Assembly (NCBI GenBank): GCA_965215305.1
Contig: OZ244041.1
Span: forward strand, 3,836,510-3,900,509
Direction of reading: 5' to 3'
DNA: 64,000 bases
Origin: Alphaproteobacteria bacterium
Lineage (GTDB): Bacteria > Pseudomonadota > Alphaproteobacteria > Bin95
Part shown: one piece after another, positions 30,654 through 40,173 of the stretch
Position numbering within the stretch: the first letter of the stretch is position 1
Layout of the letters: every line of letters starts with the position of its first letter
Position numbers and translations under genes: made by a program
Notes under the pieces: generated by a model
Told to the model about the DNA's origin: nothing
What the model saw: the letters and a program-made list of their open reading frames with translations, nothing else
Databases searched by the model: none

Positions 30654-31296
30654 CCGGATCCGCCGCGCGGCTGCGGCGGCGCTGCTGTCCGTTGCGCTCG
30701 CCTCGCCGGCAGCGGCTGACAGGGCTGCGCTCGACGACGGCGACCACGCCGCCATCGCCCGCGCCGAAGCCTATCTCAACGGCCTGACCACGCTACAGGC
30801 GCGGTTCGTGCAGTTGGACGCCTCGGGCGAGGCCGCCACCGGCAGTCTCAAGGTCAAGCGTCCGGGCCGGATGCGCTTCGAATACGACCCGCCGACGCCG
30901 ATCCTGCTGGTGTCGCCCGGAGCGGAACTGATCTATTACGACCGCGACCTGAAAACGGCGACCCGCCTCGCATGGGAGGACACACCGGCCTGGTTCCTGC
31001 TGGCGGACAGGGTGTCGCTGGCGCCGGGCGGTCCGTATCGGGTCGTCGATGTCCATCGCTCGCCGGGCCTGCTCGTCTTTACGGCCGTGGACACCGACTC
31101 GCCCGACGACGGGCGCATCGCCGTCAGTTTCTCCGACCGGCTTGGAATGCTGAAGCTTACGGGATGGGTCGTTGTGGACGCGCTCGGCCAGCCGACCCGG
31201 GTCACGCTTTTCAACATGGCGGCGAACCGGCCGATTGACGACAGGGCCTTTGTTTTCAACGAACCCGTCGGCGCCCTGGAGCGGCAGGAGCCATAA
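30643..31296 (+). CDS. lolA: Outer-membrane lipoprotein carrier protein LolA
   Basis: Signal peptide. LolA fold motifs ([27 protein letters not shown]). 11-nt overlap with the ftsK stop. ftsK-lolA synteny is conserved in proteobacteria. Confidence 0.75.
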   Translation: MTIDRIRRAAAAALLSVALASPAAADRAALDDGDHAAIARAEAYLNGLTTLQARFVQLDASGEAATGSLKVKRPGRMRFEYDPPTPILLVSPGAELIYYDRDLKTATRLAWEDTPAWFLLADRVSLAPGGPYRVVDVHRSPGLLVFTAVDTDSPDDGRIAVSFSDRLGMLKLTGWVVVDALGQPTRVTLFNMAANRPIDDRAFVFNEPVGALERQEP

Positions 31297-31369
31297 GCGG
31301 AAGGCGGTTGAAACCGGGCGCGCGGCGGCGAATAATCGGGGAAAGTTGGCCCCGACGGAGTTACCCCGC

Positions 31370-32230
31370 ATGCAGACACTGACCCCCGAACAACGCCGCA
31401 ACTGGAATATCGACGGCTATCTGCTCGTGGAAGGCGCGCTTTCGCCGGACCAGGTGGCGGTATTCTCGGACAAGATTGACGAAATCCGCACGCGCCCGGG
31501 CTACGAGCCCCTTTCGGGCATGCTGCCGCGAGGCCATTACGGCTGGGTCGAGCAATGCGCAGACCAGAATCCGGACGCCTTCATGGACCGGCGCGACCTG
31601 CTCCCCTACGACCGGGCCTTCATTGACCTGATCGACCATGCGCCGGTTTTCGACCTCATTGTCGATATCATGGGCCCGAACCTCGCTTTCAGCATGTCGC
31701 AGGCGATCGTGCGCGCCTCCGGCGACGGGTTCGAAGGCTTCACGCACACCGACGGCGGCGAGGGCCAGCGCGAGGTGCGCGTCACCGAGACGAGCCGTCC
31801 CATCGCGGTCAAGGCGCTTTACCTGCTCACCGACGTCGAAGGGCGCAATTCCGGTAATTTCACCGTGTTCCCCGGCAGCCACATGCGCCCCTTCCCCTGG
31901 GACCGCCAGCCAGCGCTCACGCCGCAATCGCAGGGCGCAGTGCATCTGGAAGGCAAGGCCGGCGACTGTTTCATCTTCTCCCATGCGCTCTGGCACGGAC
32001 CGGCGCCCAACAATTCCGGCCGGGCGCGCAAGACCCTGCTCTACAACTATTCGCAGATGTTCATGCGCGCCTATGACTATAACGGCGCACATGCGCTGAC
32101 CCAGCGCGCCACACCGCGCCAACGCCGCCTGATGGGCGACCTCGGCTACGATTTCCGCCCCGGGTCCTATTTCTATGTGCCGGACGACCAGACGGAGGTC
32201 ATCATGGGCCGGAGCGAGGCCGCCGATTAG
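31370..32230 (+). CDS. Phytanoyl-CoA dioxygenase (PhyH)-family Fe(II)/2OG-dependent oxygenase
   Basis: 286 aa from MQTLTPEQRRNWNIDGYLLVEGAL. HTD...H iron-binding pattern (FTHTDGGEGQ; ALWHGPAPNNS). Confidence 0.7.
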   Translation: MQTLTPEQRRNWNIDGYLLVEGALSPDQVAVFSDKIDEIRTRPGYEPLSGMLPRGHYGWVEQCADQNPDAFMDRRDLLPYDRAFIDLIDHAPVFDLIVDIMGPNLAFSMSQAIVRASGDGFEGFTHTDGGEGQREVRVTETSRPIAVKALYLLTDVEGRNSGNFTVFPGSHMRPFPWDRQPALTPQSQGAVHLEGKAGDCFIFSHALWHGPAPNNSGRARKTLLYNYSQMFMRAYDYNGAHALTQRATPRQRRLMGDLGYDFRPGSYFYVPDDQTEVIMGRSEAAD

Positions 32231-32484
32231 AGCATGATCCGTTCGGGTTGAAACAGCACCGAATGCGCAACCTTGATTGTCGCCCCGGTCGTACATAGGC
32301 CGAGGCGAATATCATCGGCAGGGTAGCGAGCAGAGGCGGGTGTGGTTCAGCTCGAAGTCGTCAGCGCCAGGTGGAGCGCCACGAGCGTGGGGCGCCCTCG
32401 TTCACACGATGGCGGGGGAATTTGGCGGCGGCCTCGCGCGATATGGCGTTGTCCCCGGGCCTGCCGAACGGGGGCGGGCGGGCG

Positions 32485-33237
32485 TCAGTAGATGCTGAAC
32501 GGGAAATACCGGGCGTTGATCGTCTTGTAGGTGCCGTCGGCGAGGATCGCCTGGATCGCCCGGTTCAGGCGCCGACGCAGCGTCTCGTCCTCCTTGCGCA
32601 CAGCAATGCCGATGCCCTCGTCGAGACGGTACGGCGCGCCCGCATAGCTAAAGTCCGCACCCTCGGCGCTCCCCAGCCACTTCCAGAAGCCGAGCGCGTC
32701 GCCGAACGCCGCGTCCACCCGGCCTTCGATCAGCGCCCGGTCGAGCGCCCCCTGGTCGGTATACAGCCTTATGCCGGCAAATTTCGCCCGGTTGTCCTCC
32801 AGCCAGTCCGAGGCGATGGTCGCGCGCATCGCGCCGACGGTCCGGCCCGCTGTGTCTTCGGGATCGAAACCTGAGCCCTTGCGGGCGACGAAACGAACCC
32901 CGCTGCTGTAATAGCGCTCGGTGAACGCGACCAGCTGGCGGCGCTTCTCGGTGATCGACATGCTGGAGACGATGGCGTCGAACTTCCCGGCTCGCAGCGC
33001 CGGGATCAGCCCCTCCCAGTCCTGGCGGACGAACGCGCACTCGATCTTCATCTGCGCGCAGAGCGCCCGGGCGATGTCGATGTCGAAGCCGGTGAGCCGG
33101 TCGGCATCGGCGACCTCGCTGAAGGGCGGATAGGCCGGATCGACGCCGACGCGGAGTTTCTCCCGAGCCGCCTCGTCCCCGAACACGGGCGCGCCAGTCA
33201 GCAGAACGAGGATCAGCGCCGCGAGCCACTGTCTCAT
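32485..33237 (-). CDS. Periplasmic solute-binding protein family 3 (polar amino-acid type), orphan (no cognate permease/ATPase adjacent)
   Basis: Signal peptide MRQWLAALILVLLTGAPVFG. SBP_bac_3 fold (LRVGVDPAYPPFSE...). 219-nt gap to the upstream GS-like gene. Confidence 0.75.
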   Translation of the reverse strand: MRQWLAALILVLLTGAPVFGDEAAREKLRVGVDPAYPPFSEVADADRLTGFDIDIARALCAQMKIECAFVRQDWEGLIPALRAGKFDAIVSSMSITEKRRQLVAFTERYYSSGVRFVARKGSGFDPEDTAGRTVGAMRATIASDWLEDNRAKFAGIRLYTDQGALDRALIEGRVDAAFGDALGFWKWLGSAEGADFSYAGAPYRLDEGIGIAVRKEDETLRRRLNRAIQAILADGTYKTINARYFPFSIY

Positions 33238-33456
33238 GGCCATCTCCGAAGCCAAGGTGTTCCTAGCGCACCAGCTTACGCCGCCGGCACGGCCAGGGAC
33301 AGCCCCGCCGCCGGTCCCCGTCGGTCAGGGAATGACGACGCGCAAACGGCTGAAACGGACGGTTCTCCTGGGACCGGGTGTTCGATGCCCTGACTCGGCT
33401 ATGACGCGGAAATCTACAAACACCGGTCTGCCTGGGCCACTAATGTCCGGACCGGC

Positions 33457-34908
33457 TCAAAAGGCGGTGAAATATTCCGCCTGCTCCCATTCCGAGACGG
33501 TCATGAGATAGCGGTCCCATTCGGCGCGCTTGAGCCGCACCAGATAGGACACGAAACCGTCCCCGAGAACGGCGCGATACAGCGCCGACGCCTCGAAATG
33601 CTCGATAGCGGCCAGCAGGCTGGCGGGCAGGCATGCGGCGCCCTCGTCATCATAGGGCCGGACAAGGGGCGGCGGCGCGGCCATGCCCGCCTCCACACCG
33701 TCCAGACCGGAGAGGATCTGGAAGGCGAGCGCGAAATAGGGGTTGGCGGTGCTGTCGGGCGCGCGGTTTTCCACCCGGCTTGCCGTCTCGCCCGGCGCCA
33801 TGAGCGCGCGCAGCATGGCGCCGCGATTGTCCTGGGCCCAGCCGATCCGGTTGGGCGCGAGCAGATAGGCCGTATAGCGCTTGTAGCCGTTCACCGTGGG
33901 CGTCGTGGCGATGCAGGAAGCAGCAGCATGGCGCAGCAGTCCCGCGATCCAGCCGCTCGCCGCCGGCGTCAGCGCGCCGTCCGCCGCCGGCATGAACAGG
34001 TTCCGTCCGTCCGCATCCCGAACGGACTGGTGGATATGCCAACCGTTGCTCGCCGCGTTCGCCAGCCTGGGCCGCGCCATGAACGAGGCCAGGAGGCCCT
34101 CGCGGTGGCAGACCTCCTTCGCCATAGTGCGGAAATTGACGGCCATGTCCGCGATCGTCATCGGATCGGCGGGGGCGAAGGTAAACTCGAACTGGCTCGG
34201 CCCCATCTCGATCTCGACGCTGCGCACCGGCATGCCCATGGCCTGCGCGCTGCGGCGGAGCTTGTCGAGCAGCGCTTCGGCCTCGCCGTAGCGGGTCTCC
34301 GTCAGATACTGGTAGCCTTGGTTCAGCGCGCGCGTCGCCGGCGGGCGGGCCGGCATGGTCGTGTCGGCGTGCTCGAGCGCGGGATCGGTGACCTCGAAGA
34401 CCTGGAACTCCACTTCCAGCCCCATCACCGCCTGCATGCCCCGTTCCGACAGCCTGTCGCAGGCTGCGCGCAGAACCCTGCGGGAGGCGAAGGAAACCGG
34501 CGCGCCCGAGGTCAGGGCCGCATCGCAATGGATCAGCGCGGAATGCGCCGACCATGGCAGCCGGCGGAATGTGTCCGGCTGGGGAACGAGCAGGAGGTCG
34601 CCCGCCCCGCGCATCGGCGCATCGCCTGTGTCGGACCAGACGGGAAATACGGTCCGGTGAGACACATCCTTGAGCAGCAGGGTGGAAGGCGCGCGAATGC
34701 CGGAGGCGAAGGCGTCCACCAGCGCCTCGGCGGTGATTGTCTTGCCGCGCAAGATGCCATGCGGGTCGGCAAGGACGACACGGACGGTCTCGATCCCCTC
34801 CGCTTCGACCAGGGCGACCGTCTCCGCCGCGCGGGCGATGTCCTCGCCGGAATACGCCCCGGACCGCGCGAGCGCGCCCGTCCTTATCCTCTCCTCGATG
34901 CCGCTCAT
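33457..34908 (-). CDS. Glutamine-synthetase-family ligase (GS-like; gamma-glutamyl-amine synthetase candidate)
   Basis: 483 aa. GS catalytic-domain motifs are present (NGWHIHQS and the ATP-binding region). Its length and lack of a GSI adenylylation loop fit PuuA/GmaS/TdnQ-type GS-like enzymes. Confidence 0.75.
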   Translation of the reverse strand: MSGIEERIRTGALARSGAYSGEDIARAAETVALVEAEGIETVRVVLADPHGILRGKTITAEALVDAFASGIRAPSTLLLKDVSHRTVFPVWSDTGDAPMRGAGDLLLVPQPDTFRRLPWSAHSALIHCDAALTSGAPVSFASRRVLRAACDRLSERGMQAVMGLEVEFQVFEVTDPALEHADTTMPARPPATRALNQGYQYLTETRYGEAEALLDKLRRSAQAMGMPVRSVEIEMGPSQFEFTFAPADPMTIADMAVNFRTMAKEVCHREGLLASFMARPRLANAASNGWHIHQSVRDADGRNLFMPAADGALTPAASGWIAGLLRHAAASCIATTPTVNGYKRYTAYLLAPNRIGWAQDNRGAMLRALMAPGETASRVENRAPDSTANPYFALAFQILSGLDGVEAGMAAPPPLVRPYDDEGAACLPASLLAAIEHFEASALYRAVLGDGFVSYLVRLKRAEWDRYLMTVSEWEQAEYFTAF

Positions 34909-34914
34909 GCCCGC

Positions 34915-36234
34915 CTACAGGGCCGCATCCCAGGGGCAGGCGGCGCGGCGTTCCCGGTCGGCGCGCAGGCTGGCGGCTTCCCAGTCGGCCGTGTCCGCAA
35001 TCGCATCGTTGGACAAGGGCCCGGTCAGCCCGACCGCATCCGCGCCGTTCAGCATCGGCAGGGCGGTTTCGTCGCCCGCCGCGAGGCCGTCAACCGCCGC
35101 CCGCAACAGCCTGCGATAGCGGATGATGCCGATGTCGGTGCTGCCCAGATGCTCAGCAGTGCGGTCCTGTATCGGGCCCATGCCTTCCACCGCCCACTGG
35201 TCATGCACATTGATGTCGAACCCCATGCCCGTCCAGGTCCGGGCCGCCTGCTCCTCCGGGTTGTATCCGTAGTCGTTGCGCCGGTTCTTCAACGGGGCGT
35301 AGCCGGGCAGGCTGTGCTCCTTCAGCCTTTGCGCGCGCATCGTCTCCCTGTCCACGGGCTTGTCGAAGCTGGTGAACAACGAATACCAGTAGCAGGACTC
35401 GTCATCGACCGGCACATGCCACTGGGTGATCGTCATCTCGCGGCTCATCGGGATGCAGATCGCCTGCGGAAAGATCTGGTTTGTGATGCGCACATGGGTC
35501 AGGCCGCCCGCCATGCGCCTGAGCGCGGTCAGCCTGAGGCCGAATTCGGTTTCCTCGACCCCGATCTCCGGATTTGGATAGTCGCGCAGCAACCGGGTCA
35601 TGGGGATGTTGGAACCGGATGCGGCGCTGTCCCGGAATTGCCTGCCATAGCCGCCTTCCGGGTCCTCGTCCTCCAGGAAGCGGTGCAGGAAGGAGGCATG
35701 CGCCGGGTCGATGCCGATTTCCAGCGCCTGCAGCCAATTGCATTCCCAGAGGCCCTTGAACGCAAACACATGGGTGTCGGGCGCCCGGAAACAGTCGAAA
35801 TTGGCGAATCCCGGCGGTTCGCCCGGACCCAGATAGGCGAAAACGATGCCATTCTTTTCGACGACGGGGTAGGAGACCACCCGTATACGCTCGTGCATCC
35901 GGGAGCCCTCCGGCTCGCCCGGCTGCTCGAGGCATTGGCCGTTGCGGTCGTAGAGCCAGCCGTGGAACGGGCAGCGCAGGCCGTTGTCTTCCCGGCGGCC
36001 GAAACACAGATCCGCGCCGCGATGCGCACAATGCCGGCCGATCAGGCCGAGTTCGCCTTCGTCGTCGCGAAACAGCACGAGCCGCTCGCCCAGAAGCGTC
36101 ACCGGCGCGACAGGGCGCTCGCCGTCCAGCTCCTCCGTCAGCGCCGCCGGCTGCCAGTAACGGCGAAGCAGCTCGCCGGCGGGCATGCCCTTGCCGGTGC
36201 GGGTGAGCCGGTCGTTCAGTTCCTGGCTGATCAT
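34915..36234 (-). CDS. Rieske non-haem iron oxygenase, alpha-subunit-only type (GbcA/CntA/Stc2-like)
   Basis: Rieske CAHRGADLCFGRR...CPFHGW. Mononuclear iron site IDPAHASFLHRF. 439 aa from MISQELNDRL. No beta-subunit gene is present. Confidence 0.8.
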   Translation of the reverse strand: MISQELNDRLTRTGKGMPAGELLRRYWQPAALTEELDGERPVAPVTLLGERLVLFRDDEGELGLIGRHCAHRGADLCFGRREDNGLRCPFHGWLYDRNGQCLEQPGEPEGSRMHERIRVVSYPVVEKNGIVFAYLGPGEPPGFANFDCFRAPDTHVFAFKGLWECNWLQALEIGIDPAHASFLHRFLEDEDPEGGYGRQFRDSAASGSNIPMTRLLRDYPNPEIGVEETEFGLRLTALRRMAGGLTHVRITNQIFPQAICIPMSREMTITQWHVPVDDESCYWYSLFTSFDKPVDRETMRAQRLKEHSLPGYAPLKNRRNDYGYNPEEQAARTWTGMGFDINVHDQWAVEGMGPIQDRTAEHLGSTDIGIIRYRRLLRAAVDGLAAGDETALPMLNGADAVGLTGPLSNDAIADTADWEAASLRADRERRAACPWDAAL

Positions 36235-36256
36235 GGTTCGGCTCCCTTGTGCACAA

Positions 36257-37492
36257 TTACCCGGCGCGTCGGTCCGCCAGCGCCGCCAGACATGCCCCGA
36301 GCGGGATGTTCGCACCCGAAGCGGCGGCCCTGTCGAACCTGCCGGGCTGGCCGACCAGACGGCGCGATGCCATATGGTCGGCGACCGCATTGACGGAGTA
36401 GACGGCGATCAGGCGGTCATGCAGCGTCTCGACCAGGCTGAAGCTGCCGCTTTCAACATCACCGCGGATCGTGAAGACGCTTCCCGCACACGACAGGCCA
36501 GTCATCTGGAGCTTCATGTCGAACTGGTCGCTCCAGAACCACGGCACGGCGTCATAGGCCTCACCCTGCCCCGCGATCTGTCCGGCGACCGCCCGGCCCT
36601 GATCGACAGCGTTCTGCACCGATTCGAGCCGCATCCGGCGGCCGGCGCCCGGCAGCTCGAAGGTTGCACAGTCGCCGATTGCGTAAACATCCGGCAGCGT
36701 GGTTTGCAGCGCCTGGTCCACCAGCAATCCGCCGAGACCGGTTTTTGCGCCCGCCGCCGCGCCCAGGCCGGTCTCGGGCCGGTTGCCGACGCCCAACAGA
36801 ACGAGATCGGCCGCCAGGGTCTCGCCGTTCGAAAGCGCGACCGAAACGATCCGGCCGGCATCGGCGGCGACGCTCCCGACTTGCGCACCGCAATGGATGC
36901 GCACGCCCTCGGCGACATGACGGCGGCGGATATAGTCTGACAGGAACGGGGGCACAGCGCGCTTCAGCAGCCGCTCCTCGGCCTCCACGACATCGACCGT
37001 AAGCCCGAGCTTGCGCGCCGTGGCGGCCACTTCCAGCCCGATGAACCCGCCGCCGATGATGACAAGCCTCGCGCCGGGAACGAGCACCTCCTGCAGCGCC
37101 AACGCATCCTGCATGCTCCGCAGGACGAAAACATTGTCATATCGGAAACCGTCCAGCATGCGCGCGCCGGCTCCGGTGGCGAGCACGGCCTTGTCATAGG
37201 CGAGTCCCCCGTCTTCCAGCCGCAGTGTCTTCGAAGCCGGGTCGAGCGCAACAGCGCGGACGCCGGAGAGAAGTTCGATGTCGTTCCGGTCGAAGAAGTC
37301 CGGGCCCCGAAGCGCGATCTGCTCCGGCCGCTTCTCGCCCGCCAGCATCGCCTTGGAGAGCGGCGGCCGATGATAGGGCGGCCGGTCCTCCTCGCCGACC
37401 AGCCGAATCGGCTCCTCATAGCCCGCCTGGCGCAGCGAGACGGCGGCCTGAACCCCGGCATGCCCCGCGCCGACAATCACGGCCCCGGACAT
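36257..37492 (-). CDS. FAD-dependent ferredoxin--NAD(P)+ reductase (putidaredoxin/rubredoxin-reductase type)
   Basis: FAD motif VIVGAGHAG. NAD motif VIIGGGFIGLE. 411 aa. Confidence 0.8.
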   Translation of the reverse strand: MSGAVIVGAGHAGVQAAVSLRQAGYEEPIRLVGEEDRPPYHRPPLSKAMLAGEKRPEQIALRGPDFFDRNDIELLSGVRAVALDPASKTLRLEDGGLAYDKAVLATGAGARMLDGFRYDNVFVLRSMQDALALQEVLVPGARLVIIGGGFIGLEVAATARKLGLTVDVVEAEERLLKRAVPPFLSDYIRRRHVAEGVRIHCGAQVGSVAADAGRIVSVALSNGETLAADLVLLGVGNRPETGLGAAAGAKTGLGGLLVDQALQTTLPDVYAIGDCATFELPGAGRRMRLESVQNAVDQGRAVAGQIAGQGEAYDAVPWFWSDQFDMKLQMTGLSCAGSVFTIRGDVESGSFSLVETLHDRLIAVYSVNAVADHMASRRLVGQPGRFDRAAASGANIPLGACLAALADRRAG

Positions 37493-37815
37493 CAGACCTG
37501 CACGCGCGGCAGGTCAAACACCGCCCCCTCCAGGGACGGCCCCAGCTCGATCTGGCAGGAAAGCCGGCTGTTCGGGCGCCGTTCGTCCGCCGTGAAGTCC
37601 AGCATGTCCTCTTCATAGGCGTCCTTCGGCGTCCCGGCGGCTTCGGGCGCATAGACATGGCAGGTCGCGCAGGCGCAGGCGCCGCCGCATTCGGCCTCGA
37701 TGCCGGGCACATCGTTCTGGATGGCGGTTTCCATCACGGTGGCGCCCGGCACGCCGCTCACATGGAAGGTCTCTCCGTCGGCCGTCCTGAAAACGATACT
37801 GATCTCATTAGCCAT
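37492..37815 (-). CDS. [2Fe-2S] ferredoxin (adrenodoxin/putidaredoxin type)
   Basis: 107 aa from MANEISIVFRTADGE. Cluster ligands CGGACACATCHV...C. The stop overlaps the reductase ATG (TGATG). Confidence 0.75.
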   Translation of the reverse strand: MANEISIVFRTADGETFHVSGVPGATVMETAIQNDVPGIEAECGGACACATCHVYAPEAAGTPKDAYEEDMLDFTADERRPNSRLSCQIELGPSLEGAVFDLPRVQV

Positions 37816-38022
37816 CGCGACCGGTCCTCGATCCCGGGGTTGTATCATCGTCCATCGCTCGAAACCGATGAGCGCGTGACCGGCTTTCGACAGACACGGC
37901 GCGGCGCAGCCCCTGCGACATGTCAAGGAATGTCATGCTGCGTCATGGTCTTTATGCGCATCACGCATAGCACCTGTCCGTTTCCGGCATATCTATCGGT
38001 CCTCCACCTGCTCCGGACTCGA

Positions 38023-38050
38023 AAAGGCGGCCCCGGAAGAAACCGCCTTT
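38023..38050 (-). terminator. Hairpin AAAGGCGG...CCGCCTTTT, terminator-like on the minus strand downstream of the Ldh2-family gene
   Basis: Read directly as GAAAAGGCGGCCCCGGAAGAAACCGCCTTTG. The T-tract is on the minus-strand 3' side. Confidence 0.35.
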
Positions 38051-38111
38051 GACCCGCGCCCATTCTACCACGGCTTCGCCAGTGTCAAGCGCGCGGGGGC
38101 CGCCGGCTCTC

Positions 38112-39095
38112 CTAACCGGCCACGGCCTGCAGCCGCGCGATAATGGCGTCGTCCGCCTCGAAACCGCCGGACGCACGGGCCGCCTCGCGCACCGCCCGGG
38201 AGCGATCGAAAGGCATGCGGACCGGGCGGGCCGGATCGGCAGGCCTCGCGGTGCGCACGCTTTCGCCGTAGTCCGCAATACGCTGTTTGAAGCCCTCCGC
38301 GTCGCCGAAGATATCCGGGCGGATGGCGACAATGAGCATGCCGAACCCGGCGAGGTCCGGCGTCATGCCCTCCGAGCCCGCCAACACGCCCAGCATCTGC
38401 ACGACAAGGCCGAGCCCGGAGCCCTTGTGCCCGCCCCAGCTTGCAAATGCGCCCGCAAGCGCGGCGTCAGGCTCAACGGTCGGGCGGCCGTCGGGGCCGA
38501 AGGCGCGGCCTTCCGGCAATTGCTGGCCGAGACGCCGGGCGAGCAGCACCTCGGCATGCATGATGGTGCTGGTGCCGATATCCCAGACGATCGGATGGCC
38601 GGTCGAAGGAAAGCCGAAACAGATCGGGTTGGTGCCGAACCGGCCTTCCGCAGCGCCATAGGGTGCAACCCAGGGCGAGGCGTTGGACGCGATCATGGTC
38701 ACGAGGTCGTGCGCCGCCGCCTGCTCGGCGAAGTAGCTCAGCATGCCCGTGTACCAGGTATCGACGGCACCGACGGCAGCGAGGCCGATTGCATTCGCCT
38801 TCTCGATGGCCATTGCAGTCGCGCGCTGGCCGACGACATAGCCGATGTGGTCCGCGCCGTCGATCCGCGCCGACACCGGCGTTTCATGCGTGACGGCGAC
38901 GGGTCGGGTCGGCAGGCCCGTGCGCCGGATCCGCTCGACGATCGACACGGCCCGCGCCAGGCCGCCATAGGAAACGCCGCGCAGTTCGGAGTCGATCAGA
39001 TGGTCGACGATGGCCGGAATGTCATCCGCCCCGTAGCCGAGCTTCGCCATGACCCGCGTCAGCAAGGCATGGGCGTCGTCGATGGCGATCCGCAT
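38112..39095 (-). CDS. Ldh2-family (malate/L-lactate dehydrogenase family 2) NAD(P)H-dependent oxidoreductase
   Basis: 327 aa. Ldh_2 signature region (…GHKGSGLGLVVQMLGVLAG…). Confidence 0.7.
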   Translation of the reverse strand: MRIAIDDAHALLTRVMAKLGYGADDIPAIVDHLIDSELRGVSYGGLARAVSIVERIRRTGLPTRPVAVTHETPVSARIDGADHIGYVVGQRATAMAIEKANAIGLAAVGAVDTWYTGMLSYFAEQAAAHDLVTMIASNASPWVAPYGAAEGRFGTNPICFGFPSTGHPIVWDIGTSTIMHAEVLLARRLGQQLPEGRAFGPDGRPTVEPDAALAGAFASWGGHKGSGLGLVVQMLGVLAGSEGMTPDLAGFGMLIVAIRPDIFGDAEGFKQRIADYGESVRTARPADPARPVRMPFDRSRAVREAARASGGFEADDAIIARLQAVAG

Positions 39096-39371
39096 TGTTG
39101 CGCTCCCTCAATGCATCGTGTTGGGCAAGCTGATGGAGAGGCAGGGAAAGACGAACGACACGGTCACCACCAGGAAACGGCTGAAGAGCAAGCCGCCGAA
39201 GATGATGAACAGCACGATGGCAAGTTCCGCCGTCTGGCGAACGCGTCCCCGGATCTGCGCGGCGCCGAAGCTCCTTTACGTCTTCCGCCCGAAGGGCGAC
39301 ATTCGCCCGGTTTGGTGGACCGAATCCGGCGCGCGGTCAAGGCGGCAGGCCGGCAGCGAAGGGGAATTTCC

Positions 39372-40100
39372 ATGCGACTGGAAGGCAAGACGGTTCTGGT
39401 GACGGCGGCGGGACAGGGCATCGGCCGCGCCATCGCGTTGGCGGCGGCGGCGGAGGGCGCGCGGGTGCTCGCGACCGACATCGCACCCGAGAAGCTCCAG
39501 AACATGAAGGGCAGCATTGAGACACACTGCCTCGACGTGACCAAGGGGACGGAAGTTCAGGCTTTCGCGGAAATGTACGGCCCGGTGGACGCGCTCTGCA
39601 ATGTCGCAGGCTTCGTCCATCACGGCACGATCCTGGAGGCGACGGAAACGGAACTGGACTTCGCCTTCAACCTCAATGTGAAGTCGATGTTCCGCACAAT
39701 CCAAGCCTTCCTGCCTGGCATGATGGCCGCGGGGCAGGGCTCCATCGTCAATATGGCCTCGGTCGCCTCCAACCTGAAAGGCGTGCCGTTCCGCGCAGTC
39801 TATGCCACCACCAAGGCAGCGGTAATCGGGCTGACGCGGGCCGTGGCGGCGGACACCATCTCCTCAGGCGTGCGCTGCAACGCCATTGCGCCCGGCACGG
39901 TGCAATCGCCGTCGCTGGACGAGCGCATCGCCGCCTTCGACGATCCCGTGCAGGCGCGCCGGGATTTCATCGCCCGCCAGCCGCTCGGCCGCCTCGGCAC
40001 GCCGGAAGAAATCGCCGCGCTCGCCGTCCATCTCGCCGCCGACGAAAGCGCTTACACCACCGGTGCCGTCTTCATCGCCGACGGCGGTATCACGCTGTAG
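39372..40100 (+). CDS. Short-chain dehydrogenase/reductase (SDR)
   Basis: TGAAGQGIGRA Rossmann motif, NMAS and YATTK catalytic motifs. 242 aa. The long upstream part of ORF-track frame 38049..40100 is antisense to the Ldh2 gene and was rejected. Confidence 0.8.
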   Translation: MRLEGKTVLVTAAGQGIGRAIALAAAAEGARVLATDIAPEKLQNMKGSIETHCLDVTKGTEVQAFAEMYGPVDALCNVAGFVHHGTILEATETELDFAFNLNVKSMFRTIQAFLPGMMAAGQGSIVNMASVASNLKGVPFRAVYATTKAAVIGLTRAVAADTISSGVRCNAIAPGTVQSPSLDERIAAFDDPVQARRDFIARQPLGRLGTPEEIAALAVHLAADESAYTTGAVFIADGGITL

Positions 40101-40173
40101 GCACGCGCGCCGCGAATGTCGGTGCGAGGCAGCAGCTCCTGCGGGCGTCTGCGGACAGTCCGCCGTGGCGGCG

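Noticed and set aside
28509-30755. 748-aa minus-strand ORF
   Set aside because: It is entirely antisense to ftsK, whose plus-strand product has full Walker motifs and the gamma domain. It has no recognisable domains and a biased R/A/G composition.
38049-40100. 683-aa plus-strand ORF
   Set aside because: Only the last 242 codons (39372..40100) are SDR-like. The upstream two-thirds is antisense to the Ldh2-family gene.
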